Of a stretch of 64,000 nt of DNA, positions 28,253 to 38,057 are shown one piece after another (the stretch's first letter is position 1; each line of letters starts with the position of its first letter). Both the position numbers and the translations under genes were made by a program. The stretch lies in the IMG/VR virus record IMGVR_UViG_3300032093_000079; one strand, written 5' to 3'. Source of the stretch: an uncultured virus (IMG/VR IMGVR_UViG_3300032093_000079). Taxonomy: Duplodnaviria > Heunggongvirae > Uroviricota > Caudoviricetes. The notes below the pieces were generated by a model. That model had not been told where the DNA came from, did no database searches, and saw only the letters and a list, made by a program, of their open reading frames with translations.

Positions 28253-29773
28253 CTAGGTAAGAGACTCTCCGCTAGAAATAATTTGTTTTATCTGATCTTC
28301 GCTATCGACTGCCCTTGTCACTTGAGGATAAGCTGATCGACCTGTCCTAGCAAGGATGGCCTTAAGTCCTCTTCCCGGATCGTTCATGAGCCTGTCATTA
28401 TTATCTAGAATTTTTCTTCTCTCCTCATCATTAAGATCAGGAATCAGGATGTTTATCATTCTTGCTGAGAAAGTAGAAAGAACTCCGAACTTCATGTAAA
28501 GATCGATTATTTTTTCTTTAGATAACTTTTTAGACAGCTGATCTCTTAGGATTCCGATCACCACGTTTCTAATTTCTTCCTCAACATCTAGGTCTATTTT
28601 ATATGTAGATTTAACTAGCGAAGCAAGTAGATCAAAAGGCTCGGAAGTATTGATGCCTAGTCCAGTAACGATCTGTTTGATGGTGGTTTCCATCGGAATG
28701 CTTGAGATGATTGATCTAGTCAGGTCATCAGAATATCCAAGAGATGAAAAGTGTTGACTAGGTTCTGAAGATTTTACGATGCTTGCATCGTTTTTATCAT
28801 GAGAAGCATACACTCTTCCGTTTGAGTCTACCGTCGTTCCAGTGATGTGGTATGGATGGGTGACAGGTAAGTTAAAATTAAAAATGTTATACTGTAGATA
28901 ATTAGATTTTCCTCCATAACTTCCCCAAAGTCCTCGATTGATGCACCAGTTTGCTACCGAACAAAGCTCTTTCTGCGCGTTTTCAGTCCTAATGCTCATT
29001 ACAAGATAACCTCCTCTACTGTATATGATACCCGCCTCAGGTTGTAAAGTTCGTAGAGCGTTTATCTTGCTTGTTAGGTCAGAATTAGAAACTCCTTCTG
29101 CCATTTCTTCAACCCAAACAAGGTATTTTTTGGCATCGCTAAATGCGTTCGATTTCTTAAGTAATGATAATCGGTTGTTTGTCTTGTGCCCAGTATCAGG
29201 ATCTTCAAAATCACCAGCATCTTCGTCTGCGTCATCAATCACCTTGGCAGCTTTATAAAGACGATCGATGTCTTCTGGTGGAAGCTGTTTTATGCTTCGA
29301 CGTAGATCGCCATTGACCTTTTCAATGATCCATTTTTGTTTTCTACGTTGCTCAATGTTGTGAAACTGGTCCATTAGAGCCTCAAATGGATTTACTCCGT
29401 TTACTGTCTCCTGTTTTGAATACTCTTCGATAGTCATAGGTAGAGAGTTTAGGGAGCCGGAATTATCTTTTATTTTTTGATAAAGCTCCGAAAGATCGGT
29501 TAAGGTTGCTCCATGATCAAAATGAAATTTTACGAATGCATAAACATAACCGTCATTTCCTTTTAAAATCTCTCTGATTCTATCATATGATTTATTATTA
29601 ACTGCTTTTTGTTCAACTTCTGGAGTAATCTCCTCGATCTTATGTTTTTCAGCATATCTTTTAATTAAAAAAGACTTAGCTGCTTTTACGTTTTCATTCA
29701 AGCTCGCTGATTTGGTATCCTTATTTGAACGAGTTGAGCCTGTCCATTGAGAAAAATTTAACATCGTACCCAT
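28253..29773 (-). CDS. Hypothetical protein with CTS-like N-terminus
   Basis: MLNFSQW...LNE; ELCSVANWCI motif; late motif at 29799-29807. Confidence 0.65.
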   Translation of the reverse strand: MGTMLNFSQWTGSTRSNKDTKSASLNENVKAAKSFLIKRYAEKHKIEEITPEVEQKAVNNKSYDRIREILKGNDGYVYAFVKFHFDHGATLTDLSELYQKIKDNSGSLNSLPMTIEEYSKQETVNGVNPFEALMDQFHNIEQRRKQKWIIEKVNGDLRRSIKQLPPEDIDRLYKAAKVIDDADEDAGDFEDPDTGHKTNNRLSLLKKSNAFSDAKKYLVWVEEMAEGVSNSDLTSKINALRTLQPEAGIIYSRGGYLVMSIRTENAQKELCSVANWCINRGLWGSYGGKSNYLQYNIFNFNLPVTHPYHITGTTVDSNGRVYASHDKNDASIVKSSEPSQHFSSLGYSDDLTRSIISSIPMETTIKQIVTGLGINTSEPFDLLASLVKSTYKIDLDVEEEIRNVVIGILRDQLSKKLSKEKIIDLYMKFGVLSTFSARMINILIPDLNDEERRKILDNNDRLMNDPGRGLKAILARTGRSAYPQVTRAVDSEDQIKQIISSGESLT

Positions 29774-29879
29774 AGTAACTAAAAAATATTTTATAGACTT
29801 ATTTATCTTAATAGATATACTCTTTCTTTATCTAATTGATCTTGAGTTAGAGATAAATAACTAAAATAAATCTATTTTT

Positions 29880-30152
29880 ATGTCTAGAAAGCACATCAAG
29901 ACCATGAACGAAAGATTCGTGATGGACGATACTAAGACTAAACCGAAGACTGCTCCGCCCGTAACTGCACCTCCAGTAACTAGACCATTTCGACCAATTC
30001 CTACTAAAAGACCTAGCGAAAAAGAAAAGACCAAACCAATGGCCGAATATAAGGAAATGATTGACCTGTTCTTTGAAGAGCTAGAGAACATGAAGGACAC
30101 ACCAGAAGGAAAGAAAATGATTAAAAACTTACACAATAGGTATGCAAAATAA
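29880..30152 (+). CDS. Small Pro/Thr-rich protein
   Basis: KHIKTMNE start; TAPPV repeat; late motif at 29852. Confidence 0.6.
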   Translation: MSRKHIKTMNERFVMDDTKTKPKTAPPVTAPPVTRPFRPIPTKRPSEKEKTKPMAEYKEMIDLFFEELENMKDTPEGKKMIKNLHNRYAK

Positions 30153-31641
30153 AGTATTCGATTTTAAATCTTTCTTAAACGAAGTATCGTTAGAAGGAAA
30201 CTTAGGAATTCCAGGAGAAGGTGGAGATAAGGCTCCGTCCTGGTTAAAAAAGGTCGGTTCTGAAAAGACCTCAAGAATGGCAGAGTTCGAACGTGAGAAT
30301 CGACAAGATATCATGCGATTCATGCAACTCGTTGGACAGTCTCAACAAATGCAAAGAGGTCATGAAGAAGAGCTATCTAAGCTAGCTGAAGATTCTTTTA
30401 GGACTCTTTTTAAAAGCCTATTAGACGACGTTGAATTGGATTTTAAACTAGGAAACGAGTCTAGAGAAGTCATTCAGGAAACTCCATCAGAGCAATCATG
30501 CATTGAGATGAAGATCGAAAATATCGAGGACGAAAAGATTCTTAGCGAAATCCAAAGACGTAAGATACTAAGATCAATTCAACAGGGAAAGGGATTAACT
30601 TCAAAAGCCATCCTGAATCTTCCGATGTTTAAAAACGGAATCCGAGAGATCCTAGGTGATCGAGCACAGGAATACATTCAAATATTAAATAAAGTTTCAA
30701 GCATTGCACAGTTTAATGATTGGAGATTATCTGAAGAGATGATTAAACAGTTTTTAAGAGGAGGAACTGCTGGAGCGTGTAAGATCGAGTTTGAAGAAAA
30801 AGAGAATGTTAGTAAAAAAGAGTTTGAAGAACAGAATCAACAGTTAGCTGATGAACTTTTAGATGAGATTGCAAAAGGCGGAGACCTTGAAGAGAGCGAT
30901 GCTGCAAAGGATCTTATCGAAGGAACTGGTGCAAAGATCATTGCTCGAGGAGTGGACATGTCGGTCCTAATTCACGAAGCCATCAAGGGAATCTATATGT
31001 TGCCTTTACAGTTAAGCTTGGAGCACCTGTCTGAGGAAGAAGCAGAATTGGTGATTGCTAATACTGATACTCTACTTGATGAGGCTCAGGAGTTTAAGTA
31101 TGGGCCAGAAATGCAAGTGTCTTTTTATAAAGCGATAACGTCAAACCCTGAAGTAAAAGAGAGACTAGACAGTTTTACAAGAACGCTAGATACCGACGAT
31201 GCTTGGGACGAGATGGGAGCATTCGAAGAACAATTGTTCTGGATGGTATATGGTTTACTTGCGACTGCACATCAAGATGATGCAAAAAGCATGTTAAAAA
31301 TAGTATATTCAGTTTTAATTGAAGATCAGGAAGCCATTGAGTCTCTATTCTATCCAATAGTTGAAGAAGCTCTTAATAACTTGGATGCAGAAGAAGAGTA
31401 TCAGGCCTCACAAAAACAGGGATATTCTGCACCTGAACCGGAAGAATTTGAGGAATCACCATTGAAAGAACCCGAGATTGAGATGCCTGAAAAAGAAGAC
31501 CTTACTCAAGATGAAATAAATGATCTGATCCTAGATGCCTATCGAACTGGCGGTAAGGAGGCGGCTGAGGCGGTTCGCAAGAAATATTTAGGAGAATCTG
31601 CTCTACTTCCTTATTACATTTGGATAAAACTTAATTCATAA
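30142..31641 (+). CDS. Acidic hypothetical protein with CTS-like N-terminus
   Basis: VFDFKSFLNE; LIHEAIKG motif. Confidence 0.65.
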   Translation: MQNKVFDFKSFLNEVSLEGNLGIPGEGGDKAPSWLKKVGSEKTSRMAEFERENRQDIMRFMQLVGQSQQMQRGHEEELSKLAEDSFRTLFKSLLDDVELDFKLGNESREVIQETPSEQSCIEMKIENIEDEKILSEIQRRKILRSIQQGKGLTSKAILNLPMFKNGIREILGDRAQEYIQILNKVSSIAQFNDWRLSEEMIKQFLRGGTAGACKIEFEEKENVSKKEFEEQNQQLADELLDEIAKGGDLEESDAAKDLIEGTGAKIIARGVDMSVLIHEAIKGIYMLPLQLSLEHLSEEEAELVIANTDTLLDEAQEFKYGPEMQVSFYKAITSNPEVKERLDSFTRTLDTDDAWDEMGAFEEQLFWMVYGLLATAHQDDAKSMLKIVYSVLIEDQEAIESLFYPIVEEALNNLDAEEEYQASQKQGYSAPEPEEFEESPLKEPEIEMPEKEDLTQDEINDLILDAYRTGGKEAAEAVRKKYLGESALLPYYIWIKLNS

Positions 31642-32327
31642 TGACGGGATCAAGAACATTAAATCGAGTATACTCGCCTGATTCAAGAGATAAGAAGTAT
31701 TTAATACGACAACACCTGCCCATCCAACAGACCGTGAGATACACACAACGATACTGGGATGCAAACGGCTGGTGGGGAGATCAAGGAGACACACCATACT
31801 GTGTGGGTTATGCTTGGGCACATTGGATCGAAGACGGGCCCATTGGACATGCTGGAATAGCACCGATCGTTCCGCCCCAATTGATTTATAATGAGGCCCA
31901 AAAGGTTGACGAATGGGTTGGAGAAAACTATGAAGGTACATCAGTCAGAGGAGCGGCAAAATACTTAAAGGCAGCTAAAAAGATATCAAGCTACTATTGG
32001 GCATTCGATATCAGGACGATAGTAAACACTCTACTTACTACTGGTCCCCTAGTAGTAGGTACTAACTGGTACTCTAATATGATGACTCCAAATAGGCTAG
32101 GATTTATTCAGCCAGTTGGTCAGCTTGTGGGCGGTCATGCGTATGTTCTAAATGGAGTAGACACTAAAGCAAATAAGATCAGGATCAAAAACTCTTGGGG
32201 TAAGTCTTGGGGTCAGGGCGGTCATGCATGGATCACAATTCCATACATGGAAAGACTGATCAAGTTACAGGGAGAAGCGTGCATCGCAGTCGAACTGACT
32301 GATGCTCAAATGAGAGTAAATTCCTAG
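31641..32327 (+). CDS. Papain-like (C1) cysteine peptidase
   Basis: DQGDTPYCVGYA, GGHAYVLNG, IKNSWGKSWG. Confidence 0.85.
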   Translation: MTGSRTLNRVYSPDSRDKKYLIRQHLPIQQTVRYTQRYWDANGWWGDQGDTPYCVGYAWAHWIEDGPIGHAGIAPIVPPQLIYNEAQKVDEWVGENYEGTSVRGAAKYLKAAKKISSYYWAFDIRTIVNTLLTTGPLVVGTNWYSNMMTPNRLGFIQPVGQLVGGHAYVLNGVDTKANKIRIKNSWGKSWGQGGHAWITIPYMERLIKLQGEACIAVELTDAQMRVNS

Positions 32328-32626
32328 CTTTTTTCTAAATCTGTAAACGGGGAACCGAAACATCCTCCAGATTTTATTTTTCCAAACTCTACTAGTTTTG
32401 ATTTCATGAAATCAAGGTGGCTACACACAATATTTCCCATCTCTTTTTCATGGTAGATGATGAGCTCAACAAGGAGAGCGTAAGTATATCGAGTTTCCCA
32501 GTTAAGCATCACCTTAATTATCTTACGCGCTTCACGTCGACACTCTTTCTTGATCCACTCGTCAATTATCTCGTTAAAATCGTATTCAACGATTCCTATT
32601 TTCATCTTAAGGGAGCGGGTCGCCAT
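32324..32626 (-). CDS. Hypothetical protein
   Basis: ORF in minus-strand pair. Confidence 0.45.
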   Translation of the reverse strand: MATRSLKMKIGIVEYDFNEIIDEWIKKECRREARKIIKVMLNWETRYTYALLVELIIYHEKEMGNIVCSHLDFMKSKLVEFGKIKSGGCFGSPFTDLEKS

Positions 32627-32876
32627 TATTAATCCTATTTAAAAACTTACTTAACTCTTCCAGATCTTTTTCTTGAAATATAAACTCGTCCCATTCACCA
32701 AACCTCGAAGAGTAACCGAACGCGTATTTTATTCCAGCAACAAGCCTTTTCCAGAAACTATTTCGTTGATTTAGGTGAATGTATACATATAATGCATCGT
32801 CATCCGCATCGTGCATGAATTTTACCTGATGCTCTAATGAGTGACAGTTACAAACAAATATTTTGGTTTCTTCCAT
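32607..32876 (-). CDS. Conserved small phage protein
   Basis: CNC...EH...FWKRL..GIKYAFG...G.WDEF. Confidence 0.65.
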   Translation of the reverse strand: MEETKIFVCNCHSLEHQVKFMHDADDDALYVYIHLNQRNSFWKRLVAGIKYAFGYSSRFGEWDEFIFQEKDLEELSKFLNRINNGDPLP

Positions 32877-33126
32877 TTATATCGTATTCTTTATTCTTAG
32901 CTAGAATACTAAAAGAAAATCTTATGGAAAATTAAGTGATAAAATAATAGTATATTCAGTCCTTTGACCTAAGCGTCTGCATCAGTTAAAGAATCAATCG
33001 AAAACTTTCCATAAAAATGGAGTTAAATATAATTAGAGCCTGACACTCTAGTCGGCGTCGAGTTAATAACTTTTGAGTGGTATAAAGCCACAAAGACGTC
33101 TGCTTATAAAAATAACAGGTAAACTT

Positions 33127-33879
33127 ATGTACAATCAAACAATCTCGGGCTCAATGAGTCCAACTGCTAATATTGCAGTAAACAGAAATCGCCTAAAGTC
33201 ATACGGCGAAAAAATCTATTTAAAGGACAAGACTCACTATGAGATCGAGCTCTTTAATCCAAAAACAACCAAGGTTCTAGCTAAAATCTATTTAGACGGT
33301 CAGCCGATCTCCTCTTCAGGAATCATCCTGAATCCTGGACAGAGAGTCTTTCTAGAAAGATGGTTAGACGAACCTCGAAAGTTCCTATTCGAGACCTACG
33401 AAGTAGAGGATTCAACTGAAGCAAAAGGAGCAATCAGAGAAAACGGAAAAGTCAAAGTAGAGTTCTATGATCAGTTCATTCCACCTACTGGTGGTCTTAC
33501 TGTTTGGGGATCTAACTGGACTTATGAAAAAATGAGTCATCCGGTCTATGGAGGAAGCACTGAAAATACTATGTATTTTACAAGTAATGTATCATCGGAT
33601 ATTATCGGACAAAACAGTTCAATCGTTCCGACTTCTCTGTTTAGTTCAAATTCTATTGAAACTGGTAGATCTGAAAAAGGAGAAGAATCTAAACAAGAGT
33701 TTGAATACTCAAACGATTCTTTTAACTCATGGACCTGCAATACTGTTCACATGCAAATCATACCGGAATCTCAAAAACCAGTAGAAGTAAAAGAGATTAG
33801 AAACTATTGCACCAATTGTGGAACTCGTCACAAAAAATCGAGTTGGAAGTTCTGCCCTAACTGCGGAACGCGAATATAA
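33127..33879 (+). CDS. Conserved phage protein with C-terminal zinc ribbon
   Basis: EIELFNP...VFLERWLD..RKFLF...ETGR.E.G..S.Q; CTNCG...KFCPNCG. Confidence 0.7.
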   Translation: MYNQTISGSMSPTANIAVNRNRLKSYGEKIYLKDKTHYEIELFNPKTTKVLAKIYLDGQPISSSGIILNPGQRVFLERWLDEPRKFLFETYEVEDSTEAKGAIRENGKVKVEFYDQFIPPTGGLTVWGSNWTYEKMSHPVYGGSTENTMYFTSNVSSDIIGQNSSIVPTSLFSSNSIETGRSEKGEESKQEFEYSNDSFNSWTCNTVHMQIIPESQKPVEVKEIRNYCTNCGTRHKKSSWKFCPNCGTRI

Positions 33880-33899
33880 AATTTAAGTCAGGCTCTATT

Positions 33900-33926
33900 A
33901 AAGGATCTCTAATGAGATCCTTTTTT
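33900..33926 (+). terminator. Rho-independent terminator
   Basis: AAAGGATCTC-TAAT-GAGATCCTTTTTT. Confidence 0.8.
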
Positions 33927-33959
33927 GTTTTAAGAGATAAATAATAAAAAACTATTAAT

Positions 33960-34289
33960 ATGTCAACATTTAATACTATCCATCTTTTTGGCTTTGGTGA
34001 TTCACAAATCATTGGAAAAGATAATAAAGGCACAGTAAAGTCAGATACCTTAACTAACCTTACTGCATTCGTAGATCACATTAAAACATTTAAACCCGAA
34101 GACGTCACACTTACCGATTATCACGTAATTCATATCTTTAATGGAGCTGACGTTAGATATCTAGGTAAAGGATCTGAGAATAATCAGGAAAAGACACATT
34201 TTAGTGTTAGTTTTTCTGATGTTGACTCGACTCTTTTAAATAACTTAGTCGACGAGCTAGTAGCAGCAGTAGCGGTGCCTGCTGAATAA
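33960..34289 (+). CDS. Hypothetical protein (late motif upstream)
   Basis: 109-aa ORF; GATAAATAA at 33936. Confidence 0.6.
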   Translation: MSTFNTIHLFGFGDSQIIGKDNKGTVKSDTLTNLTAFVDHIKTFKPEDVTLTDYHVIHIFNGADVRYLGKGSENNQEKTHFSVSFSDVDSTLLNNLVDELVAAVAVPAE

Positions 34290-34351
34290 TCTTCTTTGCA
34301 TAGACACTATTGATTTATTTCGATTGACTCACGTTAAAGTCAAGCATCATT

Positions 34352-34377
34352 AAAGGATCTCTTATGGGATCCTTTTT
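34352..34377 (+). terminator. Rho-independent terminator, near copy of 33900
   Basis: AAAGGATCTC-TTAT-GGGATCCTTTTT. Confidence 0.75.
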
Positions 34378-34403
34378 ATTTTACTCATTGATAAATAAAG
34401 TAT

Positions 34404-35105
34404 ATGAAACATTTACTATCGTATCCTATTTGGGAAAGTGTCGACTCTTTAAAAAAGCTTCAAGAAAAAGAACAAGCTATTCTTTTTACTGATGTTAAAT
34501 CGAGCTCTAAGCTATGGAAGCTACATGAAGCCGGAATGTTTGAAGCATTGGAAGAGCACGGAAAAAGAATCAAAAAGATCTTAGCTAAGCATGACGGCAT
34601 GATTGTAAAAACAATCGGCGATAGTTACATGGTAAGCTTCGAAGGATCTAACTCCTTACTTAGAGCGGTTGCAGCTGGGCTTGACATACAGATGGATCTT
34701 AGGGAAAAACCTATCAAGATAAAAGAAAAATCAATGACGATTCGTTTGGGAATCTGTTGGGGTCCGCTCTATAAAAAACAGACTGATGTCCAAGGAAAAA
34801 AGCTTTGGGACTACTTTGGAAACACGGTCAATACTGCATCTAGAATGGAGTCAACTGTGTCTGAGCCAGGTTATGTGACCTTTAGCTTTACTGAAAACCT
34901 ACCAAAGTCAGAAGAAAAAAAGATCGAGGACTTGGTGACATCTAAAAAGATGAAGCTTGAGATCATCGATTATCAGCAGAGATGTTGGGAAGGCAAGAGA
35001 AAACGAAGCGGTCGACTCTTATCTGAACTTCAACTGCATTCGTGTGAACCTCTTAGGTCCCTTAAAGGAGTAGCAAAAACAACTGCATATAAAATAAAAG
35101 TATAA
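34404..35105 (+). CDS. Class III adenylate/guanylate cyclase
   Basis: ILFTDVKSSS, IVKTIGDSYM, IRLGICWGP, DYFGNTVNTASRMES. Confidence 0.92.
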   Translation: MKHLLSYPIWESVDSLKKLQEKEQAILFTDVKSSSKLWKLHEAGMFEALEEHGKRIKKILAKHDGMIVKTIGDSYMVSFEGSNSLLRAVAAGLDIQMDLREKPIKIKEKSMTIRLGICWGPLYKKQTDVQGKKLWDYFGNTVNTASRMESTVSEPGYVTFSFTENLPKSEEKKIEDLVTSKKMKLEIIDYQQRCWEGKRKRSGRLLSELQLHSCEPLRSLKGVAKTTAYKIKV

Positions 35106-35106
35106 C

Positions 35107-36066
35107 ATGGAAAAAATTAGAATACTGTCACTAGACGGAGGAGGTCTTCGTGGAATAATTCCCCTCTTGATATTAAAGGAGATTGAAAAGACCCAAGGTA
35201 AACTCATCCATGAGCTTTTTGATGTCATTGCTGGAACCTCGACTGGTGGAATAATAGCCTGCGGATTGACCTATACGAAAGACGGAAAAAAGCCAGCAGT
35301 TAGCCTAGACCAGTTAATATCCCTATATACTGACAAGGGAACTGAGATATTTCCATATAAGAGAAACATATTTTCAAAAGCAATAACTGGAATAAACTCG
35401 ATATTTAATCCAAAGTTTTCTCCTGATGGATTAGACAGGCTATTGGGTGAATATTTTTCAGATTCTACACTAAAGGATACTTTAAAACCCATCATTGTAA
35501 GTTCGTATGACATTAAAAACAACGAGGTAGTAATGTTTAAAAGCAGGCTAGCTAGCGCTGGACCTGAATATAACGCTAAGTTAAAAGAAATATGTAGAGC
35601 AACTTCTGCTGCTCCCACATATCTTCCTTCATACGAGATGGATTTTAAAGCTAAGAGTCGTCTATTAGTAGACGGCGGAGTGTACATTAATAATCCAGCG
35701 ATGGCAGCAGTAGCTGACGTCTTACGTAGCCGACCAGACGTTGATATAAGCAATATCGAGTGTCTTTCACTAGGTACTGGAATATATTCAGAAAGTTTAG
35801 ATGAAAAAACAACTGGTTGGGGAGCAATAAACTGGATAAAGCCGATCACCTCTATCATGATGCAAGCATCAGCAAAAGCGGTCACATACGAGTGTGATGA
35901 GATATTGAAAAAACACCTACGTTTTCAAGTGTCAATCGACGATGAAAAAAAGAGCGACATGGCTGATTCTAGACCAGCAACCTATAAATATTTGATAGAA
36001 AGAGTATATTCACAGATACTAACTAATCCTGACGAGATGGAAAAATTACAAAAGTTTTTTAATTAA
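35107..36066 (+). CDS. Patatin-like phospholipase (CapV-like)
   Basis: ILSLDGGGLRG, AGTSTGG, ATSAAPTY, LVDGGVYINNP, LSLGTG. Confidence 0.93.
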   Translation: MEKIRILSLDGGGLRGIIPLLILKEIEKTQGKLIHELFDVIAGTSTGGIIACGLTYTKDGKKPAVSLDQLISLYTDKGTEIFPYKRNIFSKAITGINSIFNPKFSPDGLDRLLGEYFSDSTLKDTLKPIIVSSYDIKNNEVVMFKSRLASAGPEYNAKLKEICRATSAAPTYLPSYEMDFKAKSRLLVDGGVYINNPAMAAVADVLRSRPDVDISNIECLSLGTGIYSESLDEKTTGWGAINWIKPITSIMMQASAKAVTYECDEILKKHLRFQVSIDDEKKSDMADSRPATYKYLIERVYSQILTNPDEMEKLQKFFN

Positions 36067-36392
36067 TGAAAAAGTACATTCAGTTATTTGAAAGTTGGCA
36101 GCGAGAGGAGGAGATCACTCTTAAGTCAAGAATGGGAAGAACGATTGAGATCAAGGTAAAACACGGCAAGATTGAAGAGATCGATAACGAAGCAGGTGTC
36201 AGATTTCCATTCGTGACAGGTCAGCCTCTACAGAAACCATTTATGAAAAATTGGGCCTGTCGAAATGGGTTTAAATGGAACGGAGAAGATCCTTGCGAAC
36301 AACCCGAAAAAAAGATATTTGGAGTACGAGCGAAGGACATTCCTCACGGACATGAATGGAGAATGCTTTTTCCAGGAAAGTTTAGAGATTAA
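36066..36392 (+). CDS. Small protein with CTS-like N-terminus
   Basis: MKKYIQLFESW; TAATG overlap with patatin stop. Confidence 0.65.
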   Translation: MKKYIQLFESWQREEEITLKSRMGRTIEIKVKHGKIEEIDNEAGVRFPFVTGQPLQKPFMKNWACRNGFKWNGEDPCEQPEKKIFGVRAKDIPHGHEWRMLFPGKFRD

Positions 36393-36775
36393 AGAATCCC
36401 CATCTCTTCCATTAGAGTTCTACACTTTTCCCAATCTACAAAGGGTCGATCTGACATTTGAGGGTCAACCTTAAGCGGAATTCCCAAACAGATATCGTCA
36501 ATGATTAACTGACCGTATGCCTTAGGCGAACTCGTCCAAGCCCGTTGAGTTGGATTCTCTTGGATTCCATAAAGAGGTATATCATTCTTCTCAAACCAGT
36601 TAACTGCATCCTTTAAAAACTTTCCCTTGCTAGTATCGCTTCGCATGGTGAAAAGAATCAGGTTATGACCTGCGATGACAAGGTCTCTTAATACTTCCGG
36701 TGCACCTATCTCTTTTCCGACATATGGAAAATCGTGTGTTGTGCAAGTTCCGTCAAAATCTACTAATATGTCCAT
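36389..36775 (-). CDS. HAD-superfamily phosphatase-like protein
   Basis: VDFDGT, LILFTMR, K...IIDD. Confidence 0.75.
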   Translation of the reverse strand: MDILVDFDGTCTTHDFPYVGKEIGAPEVLRDLVIAGHNLILFTMRSDTSKGKFLKDAVNWFEKNDIPLYGIQENPTQRAWTSSPKAYGQLIIDDICLGIPLKVDPQMSDRPFVDWEKCRTLMEEMGIL

Positions 36776-36794
36776 CGTTTTAATTATTTTAATG

Positions 36795-36821
36795 AAAAAG
36801 AGGCCTATATGGGCCTCTTTT
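36795..36821. terminator. Bidirectional-type terminator hairpin
   Basis: AAAAAGAGGCC-TATAT-GGGCCTCTTTT. Confidence 0.7.
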
Positions 36822-36839
36822 ATTTATCAAGAGTTCTTA

Positions 36840-37742
36840 TTATTTTATGTTTAATAGAGTTCCTGTGTTTCCGGTCATTGTTGTAGGAAGCTGACCATTC
36901 CAACTAGTCCATTTAATGTATTCGATATAGGCTGGACTCAATTCTTGCTGCTTAAGCTTGATCGATAGAGCGGTAGCTTGGGCGTCGATGATCGCCTTAG
37001 CTGAGTCACCCTTTGCGATTGCAATTTTTTCTTGAGCTTCAGCTTCTGCTACAAGCTTTCTTTGCATCGCAGCTTGCGCTTCCTGAACAGCCTTAGTTTT
37101 AGATTCAATGGCCTGTTGAAGTGCGGTTGGCGGAGTGATATTAGTTCTTAACTGAGAAACAGTGAACCATTTAGAGAGCCTCTTATTACACTCAGCAACG
37201 ATAGCCGCCTCAAACTGCTCACGATTATTGAATATCGCGTCGACTTCCCACTTATTAGCGACGTCATTTACTGAAGAAACGATAGCGTTCATTAACCAGC
37301 CCTGCTCAATTTGTTTTATGTCTAATCGTAGGTTTTCAAACATGTTTCCTATTGCATTTGGCTTAAGCGAATAGTTAAAGCTTGGTTTGATTGAAGCTGC
37401 GAACCCACCCTTAGTGATAACTGTCTGGTCCTTGTATTCGATGTGTTGCTGATATGTTGGGAACTCTAGGAGCTGCTCAACCCAAGTGTTATACATCACC
37501 CATCCAGTCTTGTATTCGTAATTAGAAACTCCTCGATTATCGCCGGTCAGATTAACTTTGATCCCAACGTGACCCGCATCGACTCTTTCTAGTGCAAACG
37601 GCTGAACGACCCCGATCACGATTCCAACTACTCCTATTATTATTCCTGTGATGAATCCTCGTTCGTCATCATTATTTTTTGCGATCACCACTTTAACGAT
37701 CGCTACGATTATAAAAATCGCGATTAAGATACCTGAAATCAT
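36840..37742 (-). CDS. SPFH/band 7 membrane protein
   Basis: Two TM helices, RVDAGHVGIKV, AEAEA coiled coil, WNGQLP. Confidence 0.85.
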   Translation of the reverse strand: MISGILIAIFIIVAIVKVVIAKNNDDERGFITGIIIGVVGIVIGVVQPFALERVDAGHVGIKVNLTGDNRGVSNYEYKTGWVMYNTWVEQLLEFPTYQQHIEYKDQTVITKGGFAASIKPSFNYSLKPNAIGNMFENLRLDIKQIEQGWLMNAIVSSVNDVANKWEVDAIFNNREQFEAAIVAECNKRLSKWFTVSQLRTNITPPTALQQAIESKTKAVQEAQAAMQRKLVAEAEAQEKIAIAKGDSAKAIIDAQATALSIKLKQQELSPAYIEYIKWTSWNGQLPTTMTGNTGTLLNIK

Positions 37743-37975
37743 TCTTCTTTTTTTATTTTATTAGTTATGTAATTGATGATCGTATTCACGATCAATTTAA
37801 TTTGCCACCAAGTATAATAGATTGCAATTAGGGTGGATACCATTTGCAAAATGGGATCAAACTCTCTACTGATGCAGTACTCAAAGTAGAGATTCATGAT
37901 CGCGATGTAGGCGATCGTCAGAGCGACCACGCCCCAAGGACCAATTTTAAGACTTAACTTCTTTTCATTTTTCAT
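37739..37975 (-). CDS. Small membrane protein
   Basis: Two hydrophobic segments. Confidence 0.6.
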   Translation of the reverse strand: MKNEKKLSLKIGPWGVVALTIAYIAIMNLYFEYCISREFDPILQMVSTLIAIYYTWWQIKLIVNTIINYITNKIKKEE

Positions 37976-38057
37976 AGTGTTAATAAGTAATTTTCAGGTT
38001 TATATTATACTCTATTTTAGATAAAGTTTAAAAATAAATAATAAAAAATACCTGGAA

